Below, in pieces: positions 28,061 through 38,212 of a stretch of 64,000 nt of DNA (positions are counted from its first letter, which is position 1; every line of letters starts with the position of its first letter). The position numbers were made by a program, and so were the translations under genes. The notes below the pieces were generated by a model. The model searched no databases, was not told the DNA's origin, and saw nothing but the letters and a program-made list of their open reading frames with translations. This DNA comes from Patescibacteria group bacterium (GTDB taxonomy: Bacteria > Patescibacteriota > Patescibacteriia > UBA1558 > UBA10009): assembly GCA_018818425.1 (NCBI GenBank), contig JAHISB010000026.1, forward strand, positions 525-64,524. Direction: 5' to 3'.

Positions 28061-28489
28061 CTCAACAACCTTCACCTCCGCCTGTTTTCTCTGGCTTTGA
28101 TGATAAACGTAACCCACGCCCCTCATTCTCCTTTCAAACTTCTTTTTCAAATAATTTCTGTATAGCGGGCGGGTAAAAGGCAAAAGCAAAGTAAAGCCGA
28201 TAAAATCGGTGATGATGCCCGGAGTTAAAAGAAGAAGGCCGCCGATTAAAATTAAAACGCCGTCAATCAGCTGATTAGCGGGCATCTTTTGCTGAATTAA
28301 TTCTGCCTGAAGCTTGGCCCAGATTCGTAGGCCTTCCACCTGAACCAAAAAAGCTCCTAAGATTCCGGTGACAATGCACAGGCCGATTGTTTCCCAAACT
28401 CCCAGCCACTTGCCGATCTGGATTAACAAAGCCAGTTCCACCAAAGGAACAATAATGAATAAAGGAACAAGTTTTGCTAAAATTGTCAT
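28046..28489 (-). CDS. fxsA: FxsA family membrane protein
   Basis: VPLVEL, GGLLLLTPGIITDFIG. Confidence 0.9.
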   Translation of the reverse strand: MTILAKLVPLFIIVPLVELALLIQIGKWLGVWETIGLCIVTGILGAFLVQVEGLRIWAKLQAELIQQKMPANQLIDGVLILIGGLLLLTPGIITDFIGFTLLLPFTRPLYRNYLKKKFERRMRGVGYVYHQSQRKQAEVKVVEKIED

Positions 28490-28560
28490 GTTTTAGTATT
28501 ATAGCTACTTAAAACATAAATAGCAAATTATAAAAAGGCGCGAACAGCAATCAGTCGCGC

Positions 28561-29049
28561 CTAAATTTTCCCTCCAAAATAATAACCTCCTATAACTACC
28601 AGAATTGTTCTGATGGCATTGGCCAACAGCAAGAACCAGTAGCCCCTTGGCATTTTAACAAAGCGCGCCGCCATGATGGCGGTATATTCAAGGCCGGGTA
28701 CTGGGATAACTGCGGCGCAGAAAATCACAATTCTCGGCGATTTGTGATTAACCATCCATTGAACTGCCTTGTCTCTGAATGTTGGCCGATGATTACCGCG
28801 CCGAACTGCTGTTTTTACCGCTTCTTTCCATTTAAAAAGTTTCTTCAACCATTTCACCAAAGCGCACCCAGCCAGCCAAAACAACCTAAGAACATCAAAG
28901 GACAAGTATGCTAAAGTAAAGCCGGTGGTTGAACCGATTAAAACAACGGTTAAAGTCTGTTCAATTGGGTGATTCTGGTAAACCAGTCCGGCCACGGCAA
29001 GATGGATCTGCCAGACCGAAGTCAAAAGGCCCAGCAGATTCTGCAACAT
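28561..29049 (-). CDS. hypothetical membrane protein
   Basis: several TM segments; AGGAG RBS. Confidence 0.6.
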   Translation of the reverse strand: MLQNLLGLLTSVWQIHLAVAGLVYQNHPIEQTLTVVLIGSTTGFTLAYLSFDVLRLFWLAGCALVKWLKKLFKWKEAVKTAVRRGNHRPTFRDKAVQWMVNHKSPRIVIFCAAVIPVPGLEYTAIMAARFVKMPRGYWFLLLANAIRTILVVIGGYYFGGKI

Positions 29050-29203
29050 TTTCGTTTCTCCTGCGGTTTTTAAAAGTTCATTTGCTTGAGTTTATAACAG
29101 TTGCGGGCTGCTGGTCAAGCTAACCATGGTCATTGACAAAAAATCACCGATATGATACAGTGCTTTAATTGTTCAATTAAAACTAAAATGGGAGTGAGGC
29201 AAC

Positions 29204-29428
29204 ATGAAATACATAGCCTTAACCGTCGTCTGTTACCTCCTCTTTAATTTTGCCGTCATTTTATCAGATGGCAGCCTGCTTGCTCTGGCCGGAGCAAACT
29301 TTTTAGGAGGTATCGCCACCGGCATTTACTTTCGCCGGGAAATAATAATACAAAGTAAAAAACCCTACTGCTTAATCTCAATAACAGGAGCAATTGACCA
29401 CTCTAAACAACGCTACCAAAAAAAATAA
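29204..29428 (+). CDS. hypothetical small membrane protein
   Basis: GAGG RBS, TTGACA promoter, two TM segments. Confidence 0.5.
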   Translation: MKYIALTVVCYLLFNFAVILSDGSLLALAGANFLGGIATGIYFRREIIIQSKKPYCLISITGAIDHSKQRYQKK

Positions 29429-29471
29429 GGTGTTCGGAATCGCTCTGAACACCTTTTTATTTATAAATTAT

Positions 29472-30230
29472 TTAATTTCGTTTTTTATACGCTTCCCAGC
29501 CCGCTTCCCGATATTTCTTAGCTTCTGCTTGCGGATCTTCCGCTTTATAAATTCCCCGGCCCACGATTATCACATCCGAACCGCCGCTAATTACTTTTTC
29601 CGGGGTATTGTATTGCTGTTTGAGGTTATCGGTTCCTGCCGCAAGCTTTACGCCCGGAGTCATAACAATGAACTTTGGATTATCAATCAGTTTTTTCATG
29701 CCAATAAAGCCGATGACAAAATCGTCATATTTTTGCGCCCACTCTATGGCTTTTTGCGTGTAATCGCCGACAGCTAAATTTTCCGCACTGCTCATTTCTG
29801 CAAGCAGCAATAGCCCTCTGCCCTTGGGCAATCCAACTTCTTTAAGCCCTTCAATAACTCCCTGGCCCGGTACAATGTGAGCGTTAGTTATATCTGCCCA
29901 TTCAACGATATGATAGATGCCATCGCGGTATTGATATTGAACGGTATTGCCTATATCAGCGAACTTCCGGTCTTCAAAAATCAAAAAGTTATGCTTATCT
30001 GCCAGCTCCCTTAATTCTTTGGTCAGCTCCTGATCAAAATCCACAATAATATCAATGTGGGTTTTTAAAACGCAAATTTCCGAACCAAGCTCTTGGGCGA
30101 TTTTTAAAATCTCGGCTTTAGTGGTTACGTCGGCGGCAATCGCCAGATTGGTCTGTTTAGAATCCATCAGTTCAAACAATTTTTTAGCTGTTGGATTATT
30201 GGTAAAGGTTGAACGTTGCTGGTAAGTCAT
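29472..30230 (-). CDS. pyrF: orotidine-5'-phosphate decarboxylase (UMPS/eukaryote-like type)
   Basis: LKTHIDI, IFEDRKFADIGNTV, AEMSS, IIVGRG. Confidence 0.95.
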   Translation of the reverse strand: MTYQQRSTFTNNPTAKKLFELMDSKQTNLAIAADVTTKAEILKIAQELGSEICVLKTHIDIIVDFDQELTKELRELADKHNFLIFEDRKFADIGNTVQYQYRDGIYHIVEWADITNAHIVPGQGVIEGLKEVGLPKGRGLLLLAEMSSAENLAVGDYTQKAIEWAQKYDDFVIGFIGMKKLIDNPKFIVMTPGVKLAAGTDNLKQQYNTPEKVISGGSDVIIVGRGIYKAEDPQAEAKKYREAGWEAYKKRN

Positions 30231-30275
30231 GTTGTTAATTTATGATTATTAATTTACTGATAAGATTTTTTTAGA

Positions 30276-30881
30276 TTATTTTTTTATTTGATTTTCATCA
30301 ATAAATTTCGTTACTTTTTGATGGGTCTTTTGGTCAATCTTGCCGCCGTCTAATAAATTATCCAGCAGTTCAGCCATATTAAACACGGCGTGCAAATTAT
30401 AATTTTTGCCGGCTAAATTTTCCTTGCCGCCTTGCTGGCGGTCTAATAAAACAACGATGTTTTTGACTTTTAATCCTTCGAGCTCTAATGGTTCAATGGT
30501 CTCAAAAACACTGGAACCGCTGGTTACCAAATCTTCTACTACTAAAACGGTTTGGCCCGAAATAAAGGCGCCTTCAATGGCCTTTCTTGTTCCATATTCT
30601 TTAACTTCTTTCCGTCGCATTACCATTGGTTTATTATGCTCGATGGACATAACCGTGGCAATGGGCAAGGCAGTATAAGGAACGCCGCAAATCAGGTCAA
30701 AGGATAAATTTTTTGCTTTTTCCCATAAAGCTTCGGCCACCATTCGTAAAACTTTGGGATAAGAAATAATAACGCGCAGATCAATATAAATCGGCGACAT
30801 TATCCCGCTTTTTAGTTTAAATTCTCCAAATTTTATGCCGTCTATTTCGTAAAGTTGGGCAATGAGTTCTTTTGTGTCCAT
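30276..30881 (-). CDS. pyrE: orotate phosphoribosyltransferase
   Basis: FKLKSGIMSPIYIDLR, RKEVKEYG, VVEDLVTSG. Confidence 0.95.
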   Translation of the reverse strand: MDTKELIAQLYEIDGIKFGEFKLKSGIMSPIYIDLRVIISYPKVLRMVAEALWEKAKNLSFDLICGVPYTALPIATVMSIEHNKPMVMRRKEVKEYGTRKAIEGAFISGQTVLVVEDLVTSGSSVFETIEPLELEGLKVKNIVVLLDRQQGGKENLAGKNYNLHAVFNMAELLDNLLDGGKIDQKTHQKVTKFIDENQIKK

Positions 30882-30884
30882 AAT

Positions 30885-31076
30885 TTGTAAAATTAATTAT
30901 TAATAATTGTATAATTGTGTAACTGTTTAATTGACTAATTGCTTAATAGGTTAATTGTTGCTTCTTTTCTATAATTCAATTACCCTATGAACCTATTAAT
31001 CTATTAGATAATTATTCAATTACTCTAATAGTCTAATAGTCTAATAGTCTAATAGTCTAATAGTCTAATAGTCTAT
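30885..31076. repeat. octamer array including six perfect TCTAATAG copies
   Basis: tandem at 31024-31071; degenerate TAATTG units to the left. Confidence 0.85.
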
Positions 31077-31102
31077 CATTCTGCGCCAAAAGCGCATCCG
31101 CC

Positions 31103-31912
31103 TCAGGCGGAAAATAAAATTTTGTCCCCGGCCGGACCGCGGTGATATTTGCCGAACTCTGAAATCTTTAAGGCCAGCTCTTTGTTTATAACCGGACCTT
31201 CGGTGCACATTCTAATGCCCAAAGGGTCGACTACGCACTGGCCGCAAATGCCGCAGGAGCATTTCATATAACGTTCTAAGCTGATTTGGCAGTCAGTCTT
31301 ATATTTTTCTGCCAGCTCTATTATTTTAAACTGCATCAGCTCCGGACCGCAAGTGGCAATATAATCTATTTTATTTTCTGACAATAGTTTTTCCAAAACA
31401 TCAGTGACTCTGCCTTTGGTACCCACAGAACCGTCATCAGTTGTAAAATAAAACTTTATTTTCTGATTAAAATCTTCGGGTTTGATGAAAAGGAGATTTT
31501 TGGTTTGGGCGCCAATGATAAAACTGATGTTAACATCAGGATTATTTTTGACGGTCTTGGCGGCCAAAAACGAAAGCGGCGCACTGCCATAGCCCCCGCC
31601 GACCAGAGCGATATTTTTTGATTTGCCGATTTCATAATAAGTGCCATACGGCCCTTTGATGCCCACTTTATCGCCAATTTTGAGCTCAAAAATCTTTTTA
31701 GTTACATTGCCTACCTGGCAGATGGTCAGGCCGAATTCGTTATTTGATTGATAGCCGACGCTAAAGGGTTTTTCCGAAATGCCCGGCAGCCACAGCCAGA
31801 CAAACTGGCCCGGTCTGGCCTCTAATTGATGTTCAAAATAAAAGGTCTTGATGAAAGCATTATTCTCAACAATTTTTTTAATGGGTAGAATGTTGATTTT
31901 TTCGTATTTCAT
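31103..31912 (-). CDS. pyrK: dihydroorotate dehydrogenase electron transfer subunit
   Basis: PGQF, KPFS, GPYG, TDDGS, ERYMKCSCGICGQC. Confidence 0.9.
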   Translation of the reverse strand: MKYEKINILPIKKIVENNAFIKTFYFEHQLEARPGQFVWLWLPGISEKPFSVGYQSNNEFGLTICQVGNVTKKIFELKIGDKVGIKGPYGTYYEIGKSKNIALVGGGYGSAPLSFLAAKTVKNNPDVNISFIIGAQTKNLLFIKPEDFNQKIKFYFTTDDGSVGTKGRVTDVLEKLLSENKIDYIATCGPELMQFKIIELAEKYKTDCQISLERYMKCSCGICGQCVVDPLGIRMCTEGPVINKELALKISEFGKYHRGPAGDKILFSA

Positions 31913-32131
31913 AAAATTTACTAATGCTCAAAAAAATCATCAACGAGTCATCTGTGTGCCATCGGTCGACAGACCCCGAGCGAGCCCCGAACGAGCGTAG
32001 CGAGTTTAGAGGCGAGTCGAGGGGTGAACTATCAGCGCTCCTCCGCGTTATCTTGACAAAAATTCAACTTTCCTTTAAGGTTACCTAAATTGCACTAAAA
32101 TAAAGTAGATTAGTATTGAAAGGGGGTCGTG

Positions 32132-32365
32132 ATGACCACTGGTGTAGTAAAATGGTTCAATTCAAGAAAGGGTTATGGTTTTATTAAAACCGAAGACGAG
32201 CACGATGTCTTTGTTCACTTCTCCTCTATTGTGGGCAAAGGCCACCGGTCTTTGGAGGAGGGTGACAAGGTCTTCTTTGATCTTGAACAAACACCCAGAG
32301 GACCTCAAGCGTTCAATGTCCGGAAATGTCTTTCCCCTCTCCGTCAAGACCATTTCCCCTACTAA
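32132..32365 (+). CDS. cold-shock domain protein
   Basis: [22 protein letters not shown]. Confidence 0.92.
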   Translation: MTTGVVKWFNSRKGYGFIKTEDEHDVFVHFSSIVGKGHRSLEEGDKVFFDLEQTPRGPQAFNVRKCLSPLRQDHFPY

Positions 32366-32460
32366 GCCCACAACCCACAATTTCCAATAAAGCCGGGGTC
32401 AGCAACACATCGCTCCGGTTTTTTATTTTCTCTAAATGTTCGTCAGGCCTTGCCAATTAT

Positions 32461-32579
32461 GTCATTGCGAGCGAAGTATGAGCAAAGCAATCCCATTATA
32501 GAACGAACGTCTGTTATGTAAAGGGATTGCGGAGTCTGTCCCGAATAGAGTGAGGGATCGCTTCACTCCTCGCAATGAC
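32461..32579. repeat. long palindromic MITE, copy 3
   Basis: GTCATTGCGAG...CTCGCAATGAC. Confidence 0.8.
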
Positions 32580-32596
32580 GGCAAGGCTTTTTATAT

Positions 32597-33517
32597 TTAG
32601 TGTTTATGTACCAATCCAATCACTTCTTTAATATCTTTATAATCATGTTTTTCCAACCACTCCGACATTTCTTCAGTGATTTTCTTAAAGACCTCCGGGC
32701 CGCCATAATACACGGCCGTGCCAATACCCAAAGCCGTGGCTCCGGCCATCAGCATTTCTATGGCATCTTCTGCTGTGGTGATGCCACCGGTGCCGATTAT
32801 AGGAATTTTGACTGCTTCGTATAAATCGTAGACGCACCTGATTGCTATAGGCTTTAAAGCTGGTCCTGATAAACCGCCGATTTTAAAACCTAAAACCGGT
32901 CTGGCCGATTCAATATCAATTTGCATACCCGGCCCGGCCGTGTTAACGGCGCAGATGGCCGCGGCTCCGGCCGCTTCTGCCGCTTTAGCCACATCAATCA
33001 TATTGGGATTGTTCGGTGAAACTTTAACGATAATTGGCAAGCCAGAAATTTCTCTAAGCAGCTTGGTGATGTTCTCGGACATTTCCGGCGTGTGCTGGCC
33101 GCCCATGGTGCCAAAGCCCGGCGTGTGCGGGCAGGACAAAGGAACTTCTATAGCTACAAAACCACAGCCGGCCAGATGCTCCCAAACCTGTTTAAAGTCA
33201 TCATCCTTTTGGCCGATAATGCTGGCAATAACCGGCGCTCCTAATTCATTGAGGTTGCTGAACTCTTGAGCCGCTTCTTTGGCTCCGGGATTAGAATAAC
33301 CGACCGCATTAAGCATGCCTGCTTCAAAAGTGGTGATAATGGGCGTTTCGTGACCCTTGCGAACTTCCAAACTGATTGATTTGATGGTCACGGCGCCGGC
33401 GCCGCTTTCGATAACTTTATTTAAAGATGATTTAGAAACGCCTAAAATACCCGAAGCCAAAATGGTCGGATTGTTTAAATCTATACCAGCAAAATTTGTT
33501 TTTAAATTAACGGACAT
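32597..33517 (-). CDS. pyrD: dihydroorotate dehydrogenase family 1B catalytic subunit
   Basis: LASG, NAVGYSNPG, SCPH, GGLSGPALKP. Confidence 0.93.
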   Translation of the reverse strand: MSVNLKTNFAGIDLNNPTILASGILGVSKSSLNKVIESGAGAVTIKSISLEVRKGHETPIITTFEAGMLNAVGYSNPGAKEAAQEFSNLNELGAPVIASIIGQKDDDFKQVWEHLAGCGFVAIEVPLSCPHTPGFGTMGGQHTPEMSENITKLLREISGLPIIVKVSPNNPNMIDVAKAAEAAGAAAICAVNTAGPGMQIDIESARPVLGFKIGGLSGPALKPIAIRCVYDLYEAVKIPIIGTGGITTAEDAIEMLMAGATALGIGTAVYYGGPEVFKKITEEMSEWLEKHDYKDIKEVIGLVHKH

Positions 33518-33666
33518 TAAATTATTCTTAAATATAATTACCAAGAACCAAACCTCGATTTAATCGAGGGAAAAGAACCAAACAAATTAAAAGAATCGAG
33601 ATAAAAAGATTTTTAATTTCTAACTTTGGTTCTTGTTTGGTTCTTTGATTCTTTTGATTTGAATAT

Positions 33667-34953
33667 TTATAAAGGTTTATCTATTTTATAACTTGACAAA
33701 GAAAGATTGCCCGGTCCGCCTAATGATTTTATTTCGGCAATGGCTTTGGCCGGGTCGGGCACTTTCAGCTTATCCAGATTTTCTTTGACCTGCTGATAAG
33801 CGTCCCTAAAAGGCAGGCCCTTCATCACCAGCTTGTTGGCTTCGTTATTGGCAAACAACTCCGGGCTTAACGATTTCATCAAGACTTTCTTATTAGGTTT
33901 AATGCCAGACATCACCAAAGAGCAGACTTCTAAACTTCTTCTGGTGATGCCCAGCCCCTTGATTAACGGCTCTTTAGTCAGCTGGGTATCTCTATTATAA
34001 CCGGAAATTAAATTTTTACAAATGTCTTTTATTCCTGTCTGCAGGCCCACGATAACGTTAACATTGCTCCTGATCAATTCAAAAACATCGGGATTTCTTT
34101 TTTGCGGCATGATGGAGGAGCCGGTAGTAAACTTCCAGGGCAGGTCAAAGTAGTTGAATTCGGGCGTGGTAAACCAGATCATCTCGTTAGCCAGCCGGCC
34201 CAGAGTCATCATTATATGAGTGCAGACCGAAAGAACAAAGCTTTCTGTTTTGCCGCGCGAGTTAACGGCGTATAAAGAATTTATCTGCGTTTTTTTAAAC
34301 TTTAATATTTTAGTGGTCAGGTTCCGGTCCAGTTTTAAATTTACGCCAAAGCCGGCGGCCGCGCCCAAAGGATTCTGGTCATTTAAATCGTAAGCGCATT
34401 CTAACTGCTTATGATCATCAATTAATTCTTCTACATAAGCTGCTGCCCAGTGGCCGACAGAAGAGGGCATGGCCCGGCGGGTGTGGGTATAACCGGGCAT
34501 GGGCATGTCCTGATACTTTTTAGCCATGTTCAAAAAAACTTTTTCCAGTTTAATTAATTCTTCGGATATCTGCTTGAGTTTTTTGCGGGTGTAAAGGCGC
34601 GTGGCTACTAAAACCTGATCGTTGCGCGAGCGGCCGGTGTGAATTTTTTTACCCAGCAGGCCGTATTTTTTAATTAAATAGTTCTCTATGGCCGTGTGGC
34701 AGTCTTCGTCTTCCAGCTTGATTTTAAATTTTCCTTGTTTGAATAATCTTAAAATTTCGTTAAGGCCCGTAATTAACTTTTTGTGCTCTGCTGGAGTGAT
34801 AATTTTCAATTTTAACAACGCCTGGGCGTGAGCTTTGGAAGCTTCGATGTCGTAAGGCAGAATTTTTTTATCCAGCTTGTAATCGTTGCCCACAGTATAC
34901 CTTTCCACCATAGGATGAAGCTTGGTCGATTTTGATTGCCAAATTTTGGTCAT
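33667..34953 (-). CDS. argH: argininosuccinate lyase
   Basis: HTGRSRNDQV, GYTH, GSSIMPQKRNPD; probable start MTKIWQ. Confidence 0.94.
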   Translation of the reverse strand: MTKIWQSKSTKLHPMVERYTVGNDYKLDKKILPYDIEASKAHAQALLKLKIITPAEHKKLITGLNEILRLFKQGKFKIKLEDEDCHTAIENYLIKKYGLLGKKIHTGRSRNDQVLVATRLYTRKKLKQISEELIKLEKVFLNMAKKYQDMPMPGYTHTRRAMPSSVGHWAAAYVEELIDDHKQLECAYDLNDQNPLGAAAGFGVNLKLDRNLTTKILKFKKTQINSLYAVNSRGKTESFVLSVCTHIMMTLGRLANEMIWFTTPEFNYFDLPWKFTTGSSIMPQKRNPDVFELIRSNVNVIVGLQTGIKDICKNLISGYNRDTQLTKEPLIKGLGITRRSLEVCSLVMSGIKPNKKVLMKSLSPELFANNEANKLVMKGLPFRDAYQQVKENLDKLKVPDPAKAIAEIKSLGGPGNLSLSSYKIDKPL

Positions 34954-35084
34954 ATGATTAAGGATTTCGGCCATTGGCCAAAAGGCTGACCTAGGCCAAA
35001 AGACCTATCAGCCTATGGCTTGAAGCCTTTGGCTGGAAGGAGTTATGATGAATAAATTTATGCTAAATTTGTGATGAATATCGA

Positions 35085-36713
35085 CTATCCTGACTTATTA
35101 GTAATCGTTTCCTTGAGTTGCCTAACAATGTGTTTGGCCACGTCCATGTTGGTGATAATGGGTATGTTATGCTCTATGGCCAGCTGGCGGATTTTTTCTC
35201 CGTCGGTGTCGGCGATAAAATTCCTTTCAGCCGAAGAAATATTAATAATTAAGTCAAATCTGCGTTCACGCATTAAAGTGATGATGTTGGGACGGCGACT
35301 ATCGGAAATTTTATAAACCAGCCTGCTTTTTATATTATGCTGCTCCATAAACTCGCTGGTATGTTCTGTGGCATAAAGGATACAGCCCAGCTGGTCAAGG
35401 ACTTTGATTTCCGATAGAAGTTTTTCTTTATTCTCCCGGCCGCCAATAGTAAGTAAAATACTTTTTTTGGTTTGTTTAGCCATCTTCATCTGCAAAGTCC
35501 ACAATTCTATAAAGCCCGGGGAAGCGTTCTGGTTGAACAAATCATCTTTCATAAAAGTGGCCAATTTTTTGTCAAATAAAGCATCGGGGGCTTTTAGCGC
35601 AATTACTTCGCAATTGCCTTTAAAAAAACGCAGAGTAACCTTGCCATTCACCTTTTCGTTAAGAACATCGATAAAACCCGACAAATCTTTCATTAAGGGA
35701 TCATACCATAAGCCGGAATAACACATATAGGCCCATTCCTGGTCGACCAGCGCCTTGAATTTATTTTCATGGCGGGTGCAGACATATTTTTCCAGTTCCT
35801 GATGAGCTTTGATTATTGCCCGGGCCGCCGGCTGCTCGTAAATGCCCCTGACCTTTAAGCCCACTACCCTGTCTTCGATATGATGGACAATGCCGACCCC
35901 GTGTTGGCCGGCTATTTTATTAAGCTGGATAATAAGCTCGCTCAATTTTAAATCGTTATTGTTTAAAGCCACCGGCACGCCTTTAATAAACTCTATTTCA
36001 ACAATCTCCGGCTCATCGGGCGCGTCTTGAGGGTGGGCGCAAACCTGCAGTATTTTCCTTAAAGGGGGAATTTCTTCCGGCGTTTCAATTTCGCCGCCTT
36101 CGCTGGTTACGCCCCACATATTGTCATCGGCCGAATAAGGCCTTTCGATATCGCAGGGTATTTCGATATTATGTTTTTTGGCATACTCAATCTCCTCATC
36201 GCGCCCCATGCCCCATTCACGCACCGGAGCAATAATTTTAATATCAGGATTTAAAGTAATGGCCGTACCCTCAAGCCGCACCTGATCGTTGCCTTTGCCG
36301 GTACAGCCATGGGCAATGGTATCGGCTTTTTCATCAAAAGCGACCTTAACCGCAATCTTGGCTAATAAGGGCCTGCCGATGGGAGTGCTTAAATGATAAT
36401 TTCCTTGATAACAAGCATTGGCTTTTATGCCCCGCGAAATATATTTTTCGGCAAATTCATCTTTGGCATCTATGACGATTGATTTTAGAGCGCCTAACTT
36501 AATGGCTTTCTGCCGGATTTTTTCCAAATCATCTGTTTGCTGGCCAATATCAACGCACAAAGCAATTACCTCGGCCTGATAAACATCCTGAATCCACTTT
36601 AACATCACCGAAGTGTCTAAACCGCCTGAATAAAGTAGAACTACTCTATTAACTTCATCAATACTTTTTGGCTCATACGAAGCGATGTGGACATAAGAAT
36701 GACTGTGGTTCAT
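35085..36713 (-). CDS. argG: argininosuccinate synthase with C-terminal MGS-like domain
   Basis: YSGGLDTS, HGCTGKGNDQVR; C-terminal YATEHT...FDLIINI...DGEKIRQLAIEHNIPIIT. Confidence 0.93.
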   Translation of the reverse strand: MNHSHSYVHIASYEPKSIDEVNRVVLLYSGGLDTSVMLKWIQDVYQAEVIALCVDIGQQTDDLEKIRQKAIKLGALKSIVIDAKDEFAEKYISRGIKANACYQGNYHLSTPIGRPLLAKIAVKVAFDEKADTIAHGCTGKGNDQVRLEGTAITLNPDIKIIAPVREWGMGRDEEIEYAKKHNIEIPCDIERPYSADDNMWGVTSEGGEIETPEEIPPLRKILQVCAHPQDAPDEPEIVEIEFIKGVPVALNNNDLKLSELIIQLNKIAGQHGVGIVHHIEDRVVGLKVRGIYEQPAARAIIKAHQELEKYVCTRHENKFKALVDQEWAYMCYSGLWYDPLMKDLSGFIDVLNEKVNGKVTLRFFKGNCEVIALKAPDALFDKKLATFMKDDLFNQNASPGFIELWTLQMKMAKQTKKSILLTIGGRENKEKLLSEIKVLDQLGCILYATEHTSEFMEQHNIKSRLVYKISDSRRPNIITLMRERRFDLIINISSAERNFIADTDGEKIRQLAIEHNIPIITNMDVAKHIVRQLKETITNKSG

Positions 36714-36775
36714 ATTTTTTAAATTTTATTAATAAGATACGAATTATGCTAGTTAAATCGGTATTTAAATTTAAT

Positions 36776-36880
36776 TTCACTGATAGTTCACCGATATCCA
36801 CTGAAAGCACTGGCAGTTCACTGATTTACACGGATATTACACTTAGTTCAGTGAGTTATCCGTGAACTGTCAGTGTGTCT
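36776..36880. repeat. 9-10-mer inverted array (TTCACTGAT/ATCAGTGAA)
   Basis: same type as 16988-17040. Confidence 0.65.
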
Positions 36881-36890
36881 CGGTATTTTA

Positions 36891-37862
36891 TTATTCAAGA
36901 ATTTTTTTACCATTAGTAGTAGCTATTTCAACTAATTGATCAAAATCATAATAGCGGCAGGCCTCCTGCAGCATTCTCATTTCTACCCACATATCGGCAT
37001 CCACAAACGGCTGGTAAAAGTCGTAGACATTATCGATTCCTAAGCCAACCGTAACGCCCGCGGCCAGCATTTCCGGAACGTTGCCAATGGAATTATGAAC
37101 CGGCGACTGATATTCATCCAATTGCCTCATAGCCAAGGCTGCCGACGGGCAGATAACTACGCTCATTCCTATTTCTGCCATTTCTTTATAAATTTTTTCA
37201 CGATATTTTTTAGGCTGGGCTGAAACCGAAAGTGCATGCACTGCCACAGTTTTATCACCATAGCTATGTTTTTTGGCGTATTTAATTAAAATTTCGGTAT
37301 CTTTTTCATTAGGATTATTTTCCTGATCAATATGAACATGAATTTTTTTATTTAAATTTTTGGCGATAGAAAACATAATCTCGTAATTTTCTTTATCACG
37401 TGGCCTATCTTTTGAGGGAAGGCCGCCGGCCAAATCCGACTTGGCAGTAATTTCTTCATAAAGTTTTCGCGCTTCTTTATCAATCAAACCGCCTAAGGGC
37501 TGGGTGATAGTTAATAATTTGATTTTATCTTTATACTCTTCCTTAACTTTATTAGCCGCGTCAATGGCTTTATGGCCAACGGCATCGTAAGCATCCACAA
37601 AAGTGGCCGTCAGCCTGCAGCCTTGTTCAATTAAAACATCTAAAGCTGTTTTGATTCTTTCTTTGATCTGTTCTTGGGTGGAGCTTTTTTTAATGTCGTC
37701 TGACATCAGCCATTTTTGTTCCATATCCACCATGCTTTTATCTAAGCCCTCTTTAGTAATATAATAGGACTTGTCAAAATGAGCATGGCAGTTTACAAAA
37801 CCGCCTTTCTGCTTAATGGCTTCCAGCATTTGTTGTTTAAGATTCCATGGTTGAAAATTCAT
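36891..37862 (-). CDS. metal-dependent amidohydrolase, cytosine-deaminase-like
   Basis: NCHAHFDK, HVHID, AVHA, LGIDN. Confidence 0.82.
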   Translation of the reverse strand: MNFQPWNLKQQMLEAIKQKGGFVNCHAHFDKSYYITKEGLDKSMVDMEQKWLMSDDIKKSSTQEQIKERIKTALDVLIEQGCRLTATFVDAYDAVGHKAIDAANKVKEEYKDKIKLLTITQPLGGLIDKEARKLYEEITAKSDLAGGLPSKDRPRDKENYEIMFSIAKNLNKKIHVHIDQENNPNEKDTEILIKYAKKHSYGDKTVAVHALSVSAQPKKYREKIYKEMAEIGMSVVICPSAALAMRQLDEYQSPVHNSIGNVPEMLAAGVTVGLGIDNVYDFYQPFVDADMWVEMRMLQEACRYYDFDQLVEIATTNGKKILE

Positions 37863-37963
37863 ATGATTAAATTTAATGATTACAGATTCGCATTATTCGT
37901 GAATTCGTGTGATATTAGCGATGCTTATTAGTGAATTATTAGAAATATATATTAGCGATGTAT

Positions 37964-38102
37964 AAAAAAGAACCCCTCTTCGGGGCTAATTTTGAAAAAA
38001 CTTTATAACTGACCCATGGCGGGTTTCTGGAAAAATAAGCTTTTTTGTCCACAATAATCTATGCATCTTTAATAGTATATACCTATTTTAATTGGTGGTC
38101 AA
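37964..38102 (-). promoter_or_regulatory. promoter, leader peptide and attenuator terminator
   Basis: TTGACC-17-TATACT; ORF 38066-37986; AGCCCC/GGGGTT hairpin followed by a T tract. Confidence 0.65.
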
Positions 38103-38127
38103 ATATAGTGCCAGCCAGAGACTTATC

Positions 38128-38185
38128 CCTGCCCGCTCATTCGAGTCTGAGAGTTTATCCTTCAGAGTCGAAGACCAGCAGGCGC
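38128..38185. repeat. CTCATTCGAGTCTGA...CAGAGTCGAAGACC REP family (also 41993-42056 and reversed at 44789-44850)
   Basis: three homologous ~60-bp copies. Confidence 0.75.
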
Positions 38186-38212
38186 GGCGCCTTTGGCGGA
38201 AAAATTGCTTGA

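Noticed and set aside
34954-34974. ArgH start MAEILNH
   Set aside because: That ATG lies inside a REP; MTKIWQ is the likelier start.
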